32,000 bases of DNA from Saccharolobus solfataricus (GCF_900079115.1 NZ_LT549890.1:570001-602000), one strand, 5' to 3'; counted from the stretch's first letter, positions 12,527-25,818 are shown. The notes: a model not told the origin generated them from the sequence alone. Numbers and translations: made by a program.

Positions 12527-13211
12527 TACAATTTATTACCTCCCAAGGTCCTAATTCCTTCCTTTCAACTACTTTTAATGAATTCTCTTGAAGTAAATTA
12601 ATATAGTAATCATAGTGCCTTAAATTAACTTTCCACCATCTTGACAGTGTTTTACCTATTATCGAATTTACGTTGGCTAAAACTGCGATACTACATTTAC
12701 CATTAGATTTAAGTACTCTAGACATTTCTCTTATAGCAAAAGATGGATTAGATAACATATGTAAAACTAGTGTAGAAGAAATTCCGTCGGCGATTCCAGA
12801 CTTGAGAGGTAGATTATTAGCATCAGCCCTTACTGCTATCACCCTAGTCCTCTTTCTTTTCATATACATTAAAAACCGTAAAGATACATCAATACCAATA
12901 CAAGTCTTACAATTCAGAAAATCAAAAATCTTACCTGTACCAGTTCCTACATCGATTATTAAATCGCCATCTATAAACTCACCAATTTCTCTGAGAAAGG
13001 ATGTATAAGTTTTACCAGAAGTGATCAGCAATCCTAACGGAGCCCATATACTTTCGTAAATAGGAATTACTCTTGATAATAATTTATCGACCTCGACGTC
13101 TTTCAATAGGAAATCATAAATTTGGCCTCCAATTATACCAAATTTGTGACCTTTTTCACACTCTAACTTCTCATTTACATCACTTCTATCAATAGGGCAA
13201 GAGAATATCAC
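12513..13211 (-). CDS. class I SAM-dependent methyltransferase with RlmA-like N-terminal mini-domain
   Basis: Motif I is IIDVGTGTGK. The N-terminus FSCPIDRS...LECEKGHKFGIIGGQIYDFL resembles the RlmA-type zinc-ribbon region but has only two Cys. Confidence 0.75.
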   Translation of the reverse strand: MIFSCPIDRSDVNEKLECEKGHKFGIIGGQIYDFLLKDVEVDKLLSRVIPIYESIWAPLGLLITSGKTYTSFLREIGEFIDGDLIIDVGTGTGKIFDFLNCKTCIGIDVSLRFLMYMKRKRTRVIAVRADANNLPLKSGIADGISSTLVLHMLSNPSFAIREMSRVLKSNGKCSIAVLANVNSIIGKTLSRWWKVNLRHYDYYINLLQENSLKVVERKELGPWEVINCIKIS

Positions 13212-13930
13212 AATATATAACTAAAAATCAACTTTATTAAATCTCTGTTAGTAAGAATTTTAACTTTGTTCTTAACTCTAGTTTTAACTATTAGACTACC
13301 AACATTCCTCCCTATCATTAAATTTATCGCATAACTTAACTCACTATTATCGTCTGCAGTAACTAAATTTACATTCATAATTTTTTCAACTATTGTATTT
13401 CCAGTTACTGAGTCATAAGAATAAGCTATATCTCTTGCACTAACTATGCCTAATGCAATCCCATTAACAATTGGTAAGTGTCTGATATTGTTTTTAAGCA
13501 TAGTTTCAATACAAGTTGAGATCTTCGTAAAGGGCTGTACTACAATCGCATCTTTACTGATACCTTCTACACTTCCCTTTACCGAACTCCAGTTAAAAGA
13601 TCTTACAACATCCTTTTCAGTTATAATATATTTTCCTCTATATAGTACAAAGTCTGAGCTCTCACCAATCATCGTTCCTACTATACTTTTAATGTAGTTG
13701 TCCTCGACATATACTGGCCTTCTTAACTTTAACTCGTTTAGCCTTACTTCTAATCTATTTTCCAAAATTTGCCTAATAGCGTTCTCTATTGTAAAAACTC
13801 CTATTATATTGCTGGAATTACTTACTACTAATCTTCTCACGTTATTTCTCCTCATGAAGAATAAAGCGTCCGTTACATACGCATTAGGATCCAACGATAT
13901 AATTTCAGCTCCATTAATCTGAACTGACAT
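13208..13930 (-). CDS. CBS-domain protein (two CBS pairs)
   Basis: 240 aa with repeated CBS-like units (RRLVVSNSSNIIGVFT, RHLPIVNGIALGIVSARD, GSLIVKT...ILTNRDL). Confidence 0.7.
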   Translation of the reverse strand: MSVQINGAEIISLDPNAYVTDALFFMRRNNVRRLVVSNSSNIIGVFTIENAIRQILENRLEVRLNELKLRRPVYVEDNYIKSIVGTMIGESSDFVLYRGKYIITEKDVVRSFNWSSVKGSVEGISKDAIVVQPFTKISTCIETMLKNNIRHLPIVNGIALGIVSARDIAYSYDSVTGNTIVEKIMNVNLVTADDNSELSYAINLMIGRNVGSLIVKTRVKNKVKILTNRDLIKLIFSYIL

Positions 13931-14423
13931 TTTTAACTCCTAATACTTTCATCAAATTATAAAGGGTTAGTAATAAAGCGTTATCTGATGTTACCTCTAC
14001 TTTCACATTATCCAATATTAAGGCTCTATTCGTCTTTTGACACTCTTTTTTTATATCGTTTATAACTTGTTTACTTATGGCTTCAACTTCATTTACGTTA
14101 TTGATAATGTATTTCTTACCTATATCCACATTCGAAAAACCCTCTACAAGGATAACATCTACTGGGAGAAGTGTAATTAAGGTAAGGGAGGATACAGAAG
14201 GCATAAACAGAACTGACTCTTCTTCGCCCTCTTGAAATAGAATTAGATCAGATCCAGAGTTTCTATATCTATAAGTATCCTTTCCTGCTAAGTCCAACTT
14301 GTGATGAGAATGCTTAACCACTGCAACCTTTAAGTTGTCCTTCTTAATCTCTCTTAATACGCTCTCAATAACACTTGTCTTTCCCGTATCTTTTTTACCT
14401 ATAATATGAAATATGCATGCCAT
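13914..14423 (-). CDS. mobB: molybdopterin-guanine dinucleotide biosynthesis adapter protein MobB
   Basis: P-loop GKKDTGKTS followed by VAVVKHSHHKLDLAGKDTYR, the typical MobB pattern. Confidence 0.85.
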   Translation of the reverse strand: MACIFHIIGKKDTGKTSVIESVLREIKKDNLKVAVVKHSHHKLDLAGKDTYRYRNSGSDLILFQEGEEESVLFMPSVSSLTLITLLPVDVILVEGFSNVDIGKKYIINNVNEVEAISKQVINDIKKECQKTNRALILDNVKVEVTSDNALLLTLYNLMKVLGVKNVSSD

Positions 14424-14456
14424 ATCATATATTAATGTGGGGTAAAATATTAAATT

Positions 14457-15626
14457 GTGGCACTAATTCCAGTTGAAGAGGCTAGAAAAATAATAAGCAA
14501 TACTAATTTTGAGGTAAAGAGAAGAGAAAAGTACGTTGAAATCTTTCAAGCACTAGGTAAAATAGCAGTAGAAGATATACTTGCAGTAAAAAGTATGCCC
14601 GAAAGATCATTATCAGCAATGGATGGATATGCAATCAAATATGATGACTATCTAAAATATGGAAAGTTAAGAGTCGTAGGAAAACTATATCCAAGCACGT
14701 CAAATATTCCAGAATTAAAAGAAGGAGAAACCTATTACGTAACCACCGGTTCACCTTTACCACTATATGCTGATAGTGTAGTACCAGTTGAAAATTCTAG
14801 ACTTGAGGGAGAGTATGTTATATTTAAAGGAGAGGTAAAAAAGGGTAAGAACATAAGGGAAGAGGGAGAAGACATTAACATAGGACAGATAATAATACAA
14901 AAAGGTACTGAAATAACTCCCTATTATTTAGGAATTCTAATACAACAAAAAATCTTTCATGTTAAGGTTTCAGATTTAAAGTTTACAGTTTTTGCTAATG
15001 GAGACGAAATAACTAGCTTTGAAAATCCACAGAAAAATAAGATTATAGATTCCATCTCACCGATACTGATCAAAATTCTCGAGAAATTCGGTAGTGTGAA
15101 ATATATGGGAGTTGCGAAGGACGATTTAAATGATGTAACGGAAAAAATTGAAAAATCATTAGAAATTTCGGATGTAATAATATCTGTAGGAGGATCATCG
15201 GTTGGCGAAAAAGATTACGTAAAAAAGGCCGTAAATAAACTGGGAGAGGTGCTATTCGATGGCGTATCCGTAAATACAATTAAGAGAGGTAGTGTGGGCA
15301 GAATTCAAGGAAAACCAATATTGATATTACCAGGACAAGTAGTATCTGCTATAACTGCGTTTCATGAATTTGGTCTTTCAGTATTGTCTAATATATTAGG
15401 TACTAATCTAAAGAAGTTTATAAAAAGTACTCTTGTAGAGGACATCTATGTTAATCACTCTATGGATTCAGTATACCTATTTAATGTTAAGGGGAACTCA
15501 GCATTTCCGCTTAGATGGGGCGTAGGTTTGTACAGCGAATTAGCTAAAGCTAATGGATTTGCAATTCTCAAGAGAGGTTTAACTTATAAGAAAGGGGAAG
15601 AAGTTGAGTTACAACAACTCATATGA
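14457..15626 (+). CDS. moeA: molybdopterin molybdenumtransferase MoeA (GTG start)
   Basis: SAMDGYAI, GGSSVGEKDY and LPGQVVSA are MoeA/gephyrin E-domain motifs. Confidence 0.9.
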   Translation: MALIPVEEARKIISNTNFEVKRREKYVEIFQALGKIAVEDILAVKSMPERSLSAMDGYAIKYDDYLKYGKLRVVGKLYPSTSNIPELKEGETYYVTTGSPLPLYADSVVPVENSRLEGEYVIFKGEVKKGKNIREEGEDINIGQIIIQKGTEITPYYLGILIQQKIFHVKVSDLKFTVFANGDEITSFENPQKNKIIDSISPILIKILEKFGSVKYMGVAKDDLNDVTEKIEKSLEISDVIISVGGSSVGEKDYVKKAVNKLGEVLFDGVSVNTIKRGSVGRIQGKPILILPGQVVSAITAFHEFGLSVLSNILGTNLKKFIKSTLVEDIYVNHSMDSVYLFNVKGNSAFPLRWGVGLYSELAKANGFAILKRGLTYKKGEEVELQQLI

Positions 15627-16188
15627 TGTTATAATACTAGCTGGGGGACTATCGAAAAGATTTGGAGCTGATAAATGTTGCTTCGAGGTAAATTCAAAGA
15701 CAATGTTGGATAGGTTACTAGAGCAATTTGACAATCCCATTGTGGTATCAAGATCGCCTAGGAGAATAAAAAAGGGAATTTTAGTTATAGAGAAGGGTGA
15801 ATATGAAGGACCAGTTAAAGGTGTTAGAGAAGGATTAAAATATGTAAGGAGAGATAGAGTTTTTATCACTGGATGCGACTTTCCGTTCCTCATTAAAAAT
15901 TTAGTAGATTATGTATGTAGCAAACCATATGACATCGTAATTCCATTTGATCATAGACCACAGCCACTGTTAGCTTGTTATTCCACAGAACTGCTTAATA
16001 AAAACATTGATAAAATTAATGGACTTGTAGAGCTGATTGAACTCTCTAGCTCAGTATATTTTATCGGTACTGAAGAACTATTAAAGATAGATCCTTTTCT
16101 TTATAGTTTGATTAATATCAATAGTATAATAGATCTAATTTATCGTCCAATTAGAATAAAAACGAAATCAAATTTTATTCTTAGATAA
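15604..16188 (+). CDS. mobA: molybdenum cofactor guanylyltransferase MobA (TTG start)
   Basis: N-terminal VIILAGGLSKRFGADK matches the MobA nucleotide-binding motif. It overlaps the moeA end by 23 nt and has no in-frame ATG near the N-terminus. Confidence 0.8.
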   Translation: MSYNNSYDVIILAGGLSKRFGADKCCFEVNSKTMLDRLLEQFDNPIVVSRSPRRIKKGILVIEKGEYEGPVKGVREGLKYVRRDRVFITGCDFPFLIKNLVDYVCSKPYDIVIPFDHRPQPLLACYSTELLNKNIDKINGLVELIELSSSVYFIGTEELLKIDPFLYSLININSIIDLIYRPIRIKTKSNFILR

Positions 16189-16575
16189 GTGAAAATACAT
16201 TCTTGATATAGAGACCAAGGTTTTACAATAAAAAGTTCATTAGCAAAACATATTCTCTTTTTAAAGAAGAATAAAAAATTTCTAAAGTAATACGGTAATA
16301 TATTTAAAGATTTATGGTACTATACTTTGCCATAATGAATTAAGATCATGATTGGCGTAACTTTTTTTCGATAATATTCTACTAAGATTTCATAAGGAAT
16401 GCTTATTAGGTATTTCATTGTGAATTTCTATCAGATACAAAATGGCCAAGAAGAAGAAGGAGCAAGGTGGGCAACAACAACAGAGTGGCGGAGAGCAGAA
16501 AAAGAAATAACGGGCATCAAACCTATATTATAGTAAAGTATTAAAGTTAATCCCTTTTTTACCTCCTTATATCCT

Positions 16576-17244
16576 ATGAAAATTTGTGTGTTATACTCCG
16601 GAGGGAAGGATAGTACTTACGCGTTGCATTGGGCAGTTTTCAAAGGATTTGAGGTTGTCTGCCTAATAACGCTAATACCGAAAAGAGAAGATTCTTGGAT
16701 GTTCCAATATCCTAACGTGATTTATACTAAATATCAGGCTGAAGCCATGGATTTTAAGTTAATTACCTTCGGGACTTCAGGAGAGAAAGATAAGGAACTA
16801 GAAGATCTCAAAAAGGCGTTATTACAAGCTAAAAATGAAGGTGCTGATGGAATAGTTAGCGGAGCGTTACTTTCCGATTATCAAAGATTAAACATAAGCA
16901 TAATAGCCGAAGAATTAGGACTAAAGACATATACTCCGCTTTGGAGAAAAAGCCAAGAAGAATATATGCGATGGTTAGTAAAAGAAGGATTTAAGTTCAT
17001 AATAACATCAGCCTCCGCCTATGGTTTTCCATTCGATCTAGTAGGTAAGGAAATCACTACAGAGGATGTGGAGAAAATTATTGAGAGAGCAAGAAGATAT
17101 GGGTTCAATCCTGCATTTGAGGGTGGAGAAGCTGAAACTTTTGTAACTTACGCTCCACTTTTCAAAACACAATTAAGGGTAAATGGTAAATTAAAAAGAA
17201 TAAGTGAGTACGAATGCAGATACGAAATAACGGATATACATTAA
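16576..17244 (+). CDS. dph6: diphthine--ammonia ligase (Dph6 / MJ0570-type PP-loop ATPase)
   Basis: PP-loop YSGGKDS, plus [12 protein letters not shown] and EGGEAETF, which are the DUF71/Dph6 motifs. Confidence 0.8.
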   Translation: MKICVLYSGGKDSTYALHWAVFKGFEVVCLITLIPKREDSWMFQYPNVIYTKYQAEAMDFKLITFGTSGEKDKELEDLKKALLQAKNEGADGIVSGALLSDYQRLNISIIAEELGLKTYTPLWRKSQEEYMRWLVKEGFKFIITSASAYGFPFDLVGKEITTEDVEKIIERARRYGFNPAFEGGEAETFVTYAPLFKTQLRVNGKLKRISEYECRYEITDIH

Positions 17245-18449
17245 AAAATTGCAGATTTATTGTAAACTATGATAAAATATTGGAAAACGTGAACATAGTA
17301 ATACAAAATGGATATATAAAAAATGTAGGAAGGGAAGTTGAGGGAGATGAGGTAGATTGCTCAGAATACATTGCAATACCAGGGCTAGTTAACGCACATA
17401 CACATACTCCAATGATAATATTGCGTGGATATTATGACGATGCCGAATTAACAGAATGGCTAAAAAAGATATGGGAATTTGAAAAAGTTTTCAAGCTAAA
17501 TGAGATGAACATAGCCTCAGAGTTGGCTATAATGGAAATGTTATCAAAAGGTACAACAGCTTTCATAGACATGTACTTTAATCCTGAAGGAGTAAAAGAA
17601 ATTGCAGAAAAGTATGGAATAAGGGCCTATGCTGGTTATACGTTTCTAAACAGTTTATTCGAGCCTCATGAGATAGATAAGAAACAAAGACAGCTTAAAA
17701 CAAGTGAACTGTTTAAACCAATTGTGAACGTACATAGCATTTATTCAACATCTATAGAAACATTAAAATTGGCTAAACAAATTGCAGAGGAAACAGACAC
17801 ATGGATTCACATCCATGTATCTGAGACCAGAAGCGAGATTTATGAGATAAAGAAAAAATATGGCAAGTTCCCAGTAGAGTTATTGAATGAGCTAGGAATC
17901 GTAAAAAATGCTCAGTTAGTCCATTTAGGATGGATAGCTAATTGGGAATTACGATATGTGAACCAAGCAACTCATTGTCCTACATCGAATATGAAACTTG
18001 CTACCGCAGGTTTCTTTCCATTTAAAGAATTGATGGAAAATGGAGTAAACATAACCATAGGTACAGATGGAGCAGCGAGTAATAACTCGTTAGATATGTT
18101 TAGAGAGATGAAAAATGCAGTATTGCTCCAAAGACATTCGTATTGGGATGTTGGAGTAAAGGCATTTCATGCATTTAGGGCAGCAACAGAAAATGGATAC
18201 AAACTTATTAATTTAAAAGGAGGAAGAATAGAAGAAGGTTACATTGCTGATATAGTATTATTAAAGAAGGACAAATTATATCCGCTAAGGAAGGATAGGA
18301 TTCTATCAAACATTGTTTATTATACCGTAGGTGAATATGTAGGTAAGGTTATAGTAAATGGAAGAATAGTTTACGACGAAAAAGTAGAAAGGGAATTTGA
18401 TAAGAGAAGAAGAGAATTACTTAAGCTTTTGGATGAGATTATATCCTAG
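17214..18449 (+). CDS. mtaD: amidohydrolase, 5-methylthioadenosine/S-adenosylhomocysteine deaminase-like
   Basis: Metal motif VNAHTHTPM, plus HVSET and [13 protein letters not shown], typical of the MtaD/guanine deaminase-type amidohydrolase subfamily. Confidence 0.8.
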   Translation: MQIRNNGYTLKNCRFIVNYDKILENVNIVIQNGYIKNVGREVEGDEVDCSEYIAIPGLVNAHTHTPMIILRGYYDDAELTEWLKKIWEFEKVFKLNEMNIASELAIMEMLSKGTTAFIDMYFNPEGVKEIAEKYGIRAYAGYTFLNSLFEPHEIDKKQRQLKTSELFKPIVNVHSIYSTSIETLKLAKQIAEETDTWIHIHVSETRSEIYEIKKKYGKFPVELLNELGIVKNAQLVHLGWIANWELRYVNQATHCPTSNMKLATAGFFPFKELMENGVNITIGTDGAASNNSLDMFREMKNAVLLQRHSYWDVGVKAFHAFRAATENGYKLINLKGGRIEEGYIADIVLLKKDKLYPLRKDRILSNIVYYTVGEYVGKVIVNGRIVYDEKVEREFDKRRRELLKLLDEIIS

Positions 18450-19301
18450 ACCGTATGGGAATGAAATAGCCAAAGATAGACCGGGTATTAAATTCAATAA
18501 ATATTTCTTTGGACCTTTATAATAATAGACACCATAACCTATGAGTGGTAGATAGAGGAAAGTTAAGGGATGGAAAATAACTGATAAAATTGCTAATATA
18601 TAGTAACTACCATAATATGAATAGCCCGTCAAAAAGGTAAAATCTGTAAGACCGTCGAACATAAGCATAATGTCGTATTTACTCCTCCAAAGATTTCTTC
18701 TAGCTTCAGCGACTGAAGAAGATAAATTAAGCCTTGCGTGAACCTTATTAAGATGCAAACATCTGCCCTCGGCGGGTTCTACTTTATATCCAGTTTTTTT
18801 TAATTTAGCGTAAAGCCAAACATCCTCATCTCTTTCATATCGTTCATCAAAGTAACCAATCCTCTTAATTACCTCTAGATTAAGCCCTGCGCATCCTAGA
18901 TTAGGATTATTTTCGGATATAGATAATGGTTTTTCAATTTCCTCTTCTGAATAAGCATAATGAATCCAAGTATATGCAACTCCTCTTTCCAGTTTATTTA
19001 TAATATTATTAGAATAATTCTTAGGTATAACAACATCACTATCTAGCATGATCACATATTTATCACTGGCTAACGAAAGCATCTTATTACGTAATCTAGC
19101 CATGTTAACCTTTGTCATTCTCTTATCCTTAATATAAACTAATTTATCTTTCAATTCTTGAAAAAAGTTGTAGATATCTGCTCTCTCACTATTATCATAA
19201 ATTATCACTTTATCAACTGATTGTAATAATGCGGAATTTACACTTCTTTTAACCCATTCAAGCTTATCATTAGGACCCACTGGTATTATAATCTCAACCA
19301 T
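18417..19301 (-). CDS. family 2 glycosyltransferase with C-terminal membrane segment
   Basis: The N-terminal GT-A pattern is IIIPVGPND...VIIYDN, with the DxD motif MLDSDV. The C-terminus is hydrophobic. Confidence 0.8.
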   Translation of the reverse strand: MVEIIIPVGPNDKLEWVKRSVNSALLQSVDKVIIYDNSERADIYNFFQELKDKLVYIKDKRMTKVNMARLRNKMLSLASDKYVIMLDSDVVIPKNYSNNIINKLERGVAYTWIHYAYSEEEIEKPLSISENNPNLGCAGLNLEVIKRIGYFDERYERDEDVWLYAKLKKTGYKVEPAEGRCLHLNKVHARLNLSSSVAEARRNLWRSKYDIMLMFDGLTDFTFLTGYSYYGSYYILAILSVIFHPLTFLYLPLIGYGVYYYKGPKKYLLNLIPGLSLAISFPYGLGYNLIQKLK

Positions 19302-19320
19302 TCAGAAGTAATAATGGAAT

Positions 19321-20388
19321 ATGAAGAAAATAAAGGTTGCAGTAATAGCCCATGGCTTAGGGATGAGTATGGGCTATAGTGGTGAGGGAAATATATATAA
19401 AACTTTTTTTGAAATGCTAGAGGAAAGAAAAATAGATTATACTGCAATAAGCTTTGCAAAGCCTTACAATACATCAATACCCTCAGTGTATACGTTACCC
19501 TTCCATTTGCCAAAGCTGGATAAGTATCAAAGATTATTAACCTATTATACAGCAAAAAAAGTAAAACCGGATTTGTACCTTAACGCATCCGGAGTTCCAA
19601 TACCACTATCCAAAATAGCTCCACATATAGTTTATGCGGGAGCGCCTTCAATAGCTAACCTACCTAGCAAGTATACTAGATCCCTATTTTGGAAACTTTA
19701 TTTATTACCGTTTCGTCTTGTCATCAATAAAATAAAGGAAGAGGGGAAGAGGGCAAAGATAATAGCAAACTCTCGTTATTCTGCAAAGGCGATAGCTGAA
19801 GTTTACGAAATAAGTGAACCTAAAGTAATATACCCACCAGTGGATGTAGGATATTTTCAGAGAGCATATAATGAGGAAAAAAGGGAAAATTTCTTCGTCA
19901 CAATAGGAAGAATAGAAAGGGGGAAAATGCTTGAAAACTCAATCCTCCTATCAGCTAAGAGTGGAGTTAAGGGGGTAATCATTGGTTCATTAAATGAAAA
20001 AGACTATCTGAAAAAGCTAATTAACCTTAAGAGAGAACTTAATGCTGATATAGAGATTATAACTAATTTACCAAGGGAAGAGCTACTTAAAGTACTCTCT
20101 AAGGCTAAAGTGTATTTCCACGCAACGATAGGAGAGCATTTTGGGGTACCAGTTGTAGAAGCAATGGCAAGTGGAGTTATCCCAATAGTACCTAAAGAGA
20201 GTGGAGCTTACGAAGTAGTTCCGGAATTCTCGTATTCTGACATAGAAGAGGCCGTAACTCTATTAAAGAGCTTATTAGAGAAGGAAAACGTGGAGTTAAG
20301 AAGGGAATTAAAAGATAGGGCTCTAAATTTCAGTAAGGAAAACTTTAAGCGTAAAATATTTAATGAAATTTCTTCTATAATTTTCTAG
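19321..20388 (+). CDS. family 4 (GT-B, group 1) glycosyltransferase
   Basis: [19 protein letters not shown] is the classic GT4 EX7E region. Confidence 0.85.
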   Translation: MKKIKVAVIAHGLGMSMGYSGEGNIYKTFFEMLEERKIDYTAISFAKPYNTSIPSVYTLPFHLPKLDKYQRLLTYYTAKKVKPDLYLNASGVPIPLSKIAPHIVYAGAPSIANLPSKYTRSLFWKLYLLPFRLVINKIKEEGKRAKIIANSRYSAKAIAEVYEISEPKVIYPPVDVGYFQRAYNEEKRENFFVTIGRIERGKMLENSILLSAKSGVKGVIIGSLNEKDYLKKLINLKRELNADIEIITNLPREELLKVLSKAKVYFHATIGEHFGVPVVEAMASGVIPIVPKESGAYEVVPEFSYSDIEEAVTLLKSLLEKENVELRRELKDRALNFSKENFKRKIFNEISSIIF

Positions 20389-22354
20389 CAGTTACAACAG
20401 TAAACTTTTCCTTTAAAAGTTCTTCATAAGAGTGGTCCATCATGTCCTTAGAATACTCATTAACTACTGGGGACAACTCCTTAAACTCCTCCTCAGTCAA
20501 TTCTCTATATTCGTACATCGGAACTCCAATTTTCTCCTCAAACAATTTCTTCGCGTATTCCTTGGCTTCTCCTTTTAACTTATTAACAATCCCTATATAC
20601 TCTTCATTCTTTAATGAATCATATTCTTCACTAGAAATTAAACCTTCTAAGAATAGCGCTTTTATTAGTCTCATCACCTCATACTTAGGTGGTTGTAATC
20701 CTAACTTTGATGGGGAAACTTTACCTCTTATGTATATCCTACCCCCTACCATTCCCGTTCCTACAAAATTTCCTACTGGTTCTCCATTGTATCCCTTACC
20801 AAACACTATTATTGAACCTCCAGCCATATATTCTCCTAGATAATCATCGACAATACCGCCTATTATGAGATATGGTCTTTTATCCTTATATTCTCTCATC
20901 TGAATACCGACTCTATTCCCGGCATTACCCTTAACGAAAATCTTACCGTTCTGAAAAGTCTGAGCTAAAACATCTCTTGCATCGCCGTAAATTACTACCT
21001 TCCCTCCATGCATGGTATCGCAACAATCATCAGCGACATTTCCATAAACATAAAACTCATTACCCTCATTTAAGTTTGCCATAGCGTTTCCGATCACACC
21101 ATAAAGGTTAATCCTCAAATTATTTATACCTCTAGCAGGTAGATTTATCCCAATATATCTATGACCTAAAACATTGGCAACTGTTATTTCCCTCTTTCCT
21201 TTTTCAGCTAACTTAAGGATCTCATAATTTAACTCCTTATACCCTATATTATAGGCATTAATATCATACTTTTCTGGAACCATTATTGGGGGAGGAGAAA
21301 ATGTCTTTAACTCTTCATTGCTCCTACCGTACGATATGACTCCCTTTTTGTAAGACGCTATAAAATAAGAACCGGGTTTGAGCGTCCAAACTTTGGCCTT
21401 AGGGCTTACTTCCCTAATCTCATTCTCCTCACTTGCTATATAATAATACGAATCATCCTCACCAACTATGGCCGGCCTAAATTTAGATCTATCAGCAATA
21501 GCTATCAAATATAAATCATCACCAGAATCATAACCAATAACTGCAGTAAATGGACCATCAAGTCTAGCGTTTCTATATAGATAATCAACGTCTTTAGGTA
21601 AGCCATCGAATCTTCTAGATGGATTAATTAGAATCTTTACCGCTTCTTCAACAGTTAAGCCTTCTGCGATGAGTTCCTCAAATAAGAAAGCCAATACTTC
21701 ACTGTCAGTTCCTACAAAACTATTTAACCCCCTTGAGTTTAGATATTCAACGTTTGCGCCAAATGAGCTAACATCACCATTATGTACTATAGCAATATTA
21801 AATGAGGAAAAAGGATGAGACCAAAATGGATAATAACCAGGAGAATTCGTGGGCTGTCTAGTATGTGCTAACCATAAATCACCCTCGATTTCCTCAACAC
21901 GATATTGTTCAGCTACATCTCTAGGATATCCAACACCCTTATAAACATGAAGAGAACTACCAACGCTATATACTCTGCCTTTCCTCTCTTTACCATTCCA
22001 CATAATCTCATTTATATTCCTTATAGCCTTCCTAACTTCATTTATATCGCCTAAAGCAATTAGATTACAATCACACAAATTCGAATACTTACTTACTAAC
22101 TCAACATTCTTAACTTCTATACCATACTTACTAAATACCTCCTTTAGTTCACTTGGGTTTCCATTATAAAATGCTTTAATAACATAATAGTTTCTTTTTT
22201 CTAAATTAAATACAGCAAATCCTGCACCCTTATCACTACCCCTATATCTAACTCTATCTATTGCTCTTACAACTAAATCGCCTTTAACTTTAGGGGCATC
22301 TCTTTTCCTTAAGATCCCAAAAACACCACAACCAGAAGGATAATAGTCAACCAT
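20375..22354 (-). CDS. glutamate synthase-related protein: class II glutamine amidotransferase domain fused to GXGXG (GltB C-terminal) domain
   Basis: The N-terminus has the Ntn Cys (CGVFGI) and HTRQPTNS. The C-terminal half carries repeated G-rich beta-helix motifs ([43 protein letters not shown]). Confidence 0.85.
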   Translation of the reverse strand: MVDYYPSGCGVFGILRKRDAPKVKGDLVVRAIDRVRYRGSDKGAGFAVFNLEKRNYYVIKAFYNGNPSELKEVFSKYGIEVKNVELVSKYSNLCDCNLIALGDINEVRKAIRNINEIMWNGKERKGRVYSVGSSLHVYKGVGYPRDVAEQYRVEEIEGDLWLAHTRQPTNSPGYYPFWSHPFSSFNIAIVHNGDVSSFGANVEYLNSRGLNSFVGTDSEVLAFLFEELIAEGLTVEEAVKILINPSRRFDGLPKDVDYLYRNARLDGPFTAVIGYDSGDDLYLIAIADRSKFRPAIVGEDDSYYYIASEENEIREVSPKAKVWTLKPGSYFIASYKKGVISYGRSNEELKTFSPPPIMVPEKYDINAYNIGYKELNYEILKLAEKGKREITVANVLGHRYIGINLPARGINNLRINLYGVIGNAMANLNEGNEFYVYGNVADDCCDTMHGGKVVIYGDARDVLAQTFQNGKIFVKGNAGNRVGIQMREYKDKRPYLIIGGIVDDYLGEYMAGGSIIVFGKGYNGEPVGNFVGTGMVGGRIYIRGKVSPSKLGLQPPKYEVMRLIKALFLEGLISSEEYDSLKNEEYIGIVNKLKGEAKEYAKKLFEEKIGVPMYEYRELTEEEFKELSPVVNEYSKDMMDHSYEELLKEKFTVVTARKL

Positions 22355-24597
22355 TATAAAGACCCCGCTGGTTTTATTCTAAGTGCTTTCCTTATAGAAT
22401 GATTCAAATTGATAGAACGTAATAACTCCCTATTACCAGTCAAGGTGGATTGGACACTATAAACTCCAGCTGCACCAGCAAGCAATGCTATTTCCTTCTT
22501 CATTCCAGTTATGAGACTGAAGGCTTTTTCTTTCAAATTACCCTTATTTCCCTCACCTATGGCTTTTTCTAAAATAAAGTAAGGCATTATGACAGAATCC
22601 GCACCTAATAGAATCAATTTGAAAGCGTCTGCAGAATGTCTTAGTCTGCTTGATTTAGCTAAAATATCATAATGATTTCTAACACCCACTTCCTTTAATT
22701 TGGTATCTAAAGCACTAACAACCAATTCTAGATCACTATTTCCGCTGTCCTCATCAATTATGAACCCTTGAACACCCATTCCAATAACTTCATCTATTAC
22801 GTTCTCATCCGCGGGTATCAAGAGATACGAGTTTTCATAAATCTCGTTCCTACTCCACCTAGCGATACCTCTTCCATCACTACTTATGAAAACTTCTGCG
22901 TACTTGTCAATAGTTTCGTAATCGAAAACTGCTGAAGACAACGCTAGGGCACTCCAACTGAACGCTTCCTTATACTCTAAAGGAGCTTCAGTGATGTCAA
23001 AAATTATTGGAAGGGATAAGTATATCTCTCCACCTTTAAGATAAAAGGAAGTATCTACGTCTTCCCTATAAGGATCTATTGAAGGCCTAGTAACTTGAGC
23101 TCCATCAGATCTGAGCCAATCAATTATTCTAGCTGGTTTCTCCACATCTGGTGGTGCAGTACTTCCCATGCTAGTTATTACTGGATTTCCCTTATTCATC
23201 AATTCGTGCATATAAGCAATAATTCTCCTATTCCACAATTCACCCAATTTAGGATTCGCTTCATCCTCTGTACCGTCAATTCCTAGAGTTTCTAAAGTAT
23301 CTTTACTCAAACCATGCCCGTAAAGGAGATCTCTTCTACCCCTAAGCTCTCTAATATTATTTAACCCTAAATTGTCTAAAATATTGGCTAATTCAAGAGA
23401 AAACCCATTAATAAAATTAACTAACATCTTAACTCCAAACTCTGTATCAACTACTCTAGTTCCATCAATCTTTGCAGTCAAACCTGTAGGACATGAGCCT
23501 ACATGACACTTATGTACCATGACACAGCCCATGGCAATTAAGGCTCCAGTACCAACACTTACTATATCAGCACCTAAAGCAAATAGTTTGGCAGCATCCG
23601 TAGCTGACGAAACCCTACCAGCAGCTATGATAGTAAACTTATCCCTAAGGCCTTCTCTCCTTAAAATCTTGTCAGCTGAGGCTATAGCTAGCTCTATTGG
23701 TATGCCAACGTTATCCCTTATAACAACAGGTGTAGCACCCGTCCCTGCTCCATGTCCATCTATTATAACACCATCAGCCCCCATTCTGGCAATACCAGAC
23801 ACTATATAAGGAATGTAGTTAGTTGCTGCCACTTTAACGAAAACAGGCCTTCCAGTGGCTTCTTTTAATGCCTCTATTCTTTGCCCAAGATCCTCAATGG
23901 AATAAATGTCATGGTGAGGTGCTGGAGATATGGCATCTATACCGATTGGGATCCTTCTAGTTAAAGATATTGGCTCAGTAACTTTATTGCCTGGTAAATG
24001 ACCGCCAATTCCAGGCTTAGCTCCTTGCCCAATTTTTATTACAACCCCCATACCAGCAGTTAAAACTCTAATATCAACGCCGAATCTAGCTGAGGCCCAC
24101 TGTACAAAAATCCTCTTATGTTTAGCAACTTCTGGGTGCAGACCACCTTCTCCGGTACCAGCTAGAGTTTCAGTCAAATCAGCCGCAGTGGCAATTGCTA
24201 TATTTGGATTACCACTCAACGCTCCATAAGACATATCACCTAGATATAATGGAGACTTCATGTAAATTCCAGAAAATTCTAGCTCTAGATTTGCCTTAGG
24301 GGTCAAAGATATTGAAGTTGCTTTATCGAGCTTAAATCTAACCTTGTCTAATACTCTTAAAGAGTTCATGTCCTCATTAAATATTTTATAAGGCTTTCCT
24401 GTTAAAGAGAGATATCTGATGTGTTCTACCTTTTCCACAGTCCAAAATTCGTCATTAAATTGTTTTGGTATTGGTAGATATTTGTTGTATACGAGCAATC
24501 TAACCTCATGATAACTGTAATGAAATATATTATATAACTGTTTATGAGAAATTCTACTGTAAAGTATGGTTCCCAATTTATTATATTCTATTATCAT
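22354..24597 (-). CDS. gltB: glutamate synthase FMN-binding (GltB domain 2) protein with about 300-aa C-terminal extension
   Basis: [43 protein letters not shown] and the Cys cluster [15 protein letters not shown] match the FMN/3Fe-4S region of GOGAT. Confidence 0.85.
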   Translation of the reverse strand: MIIEYNKLGTILYSRISHKQLYNIFHYSYHEVRLLVYNKYLPIPKQFNDEFWTVEKVEHIRYLSLTGKPYKIFNEDMNSLRVLDKVRFKLDKATSISLTPKANLELEFSGIYMKSPLYLGDMSYGALSGNPNIAIATAADLTETLAGTGEGGLHPEVAKHKRIFVQWASARFGVDIRVLTAGMGVVIKIGQGAKPGIGGHLPGNKVTEPISLTRRIPIGIDAISPAPHHDIYSIEDLGQRIEALKEATGRPVFVKVAATNYIPYIVSGIARMGADGVIIDGHGAGTGATPVVIRDNVGIPIELAIASADKILRREGLRDKFTIIAAGRVSSATDAAKLFALGADIVSVGTGALIAMGCVMVHKCHVGSCPTGLTAKIDGTRVVDTEFGVKMLVNFINGFSLELANILDNLGLNNIRELRGRRDLLYGHGLSKDTLETLGIDGTEDEANPKLGELWNRRIIAYMHELMNKGNPVITSMGSTAPPDVEKPARIIDWLRSDGAQVTRPSIDPYREDVDTSFYLKGGEIYLSLPIIFDITEAPLEYKEAFSWSALALSSAVFDYETIDKYAEVFISSDGRGIARWSRNEIYENSYLLIPADENVIDEVIGMGVQGFIIDEDSGNSDLELVVSALDTKLKEVGVRNHYDILAKSSRLRHSADAFKLILLGADSVIMPYFILEKAIGEGNKGNLKEKAFSLITGMKKEIALLAGAAGVYSVQSTLTGNRELLRSINLNHSIRKALRIKPAGSL

Positions 24598-24862
24598 GAA
24601 ACTATCTCTTAAGTTCGGAAATCAAACCTCATATTAACGCCAATCAAAACTAATTACTAAATAGTCTATGAAATTTATGAATAGTTTTTAATCAATGCCT
24701 TCAACAATAGAAAGAGTTATGTGCATATTCATCAATATATAAAAAGAATTCTGCTATACAAAAAAGGATCTCAATACTTGATATTATATAAAAAAATTAT
24801 AGAAATAATGAAATATAATAACAGATAGTGAAATTTTTCTTAACAACTTTCAGATAAAGAAG

Positions 24863-25701
<839 letters not shown>

Positions 25702-25702
25702 A

Positions 25703-25707
25703 TTTTT
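25703..25707 (+). terminator. T5 tract immediately after the int stop codon
   Basis: The TGA at 25699-25701 is followed by ATTTTTC. Oligo-T tracts are the usual archaeal termination signal. Confidence 0.3.
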
Positions 25708-25818
25708 CTAACGGGTGCAAAAGCGTGGAATTTTACATATGCGCTTATACGTCTCTCAATACAATTTTTCAAAATTCAATGAGATTAACAGACACTGACC
25801 TAAACCCCGTTTTCAACC

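Noticed and set aside
16189-16441. The AT-rich part of the long spacer as a replication origin or structured ncRNA
   Set aside because: I could not find ORB-like repeats, inverted repeats or C/D or H/ACA box arrangements by eye. It may simply be promoter/terminator space, and only the micro-ORF is reported.
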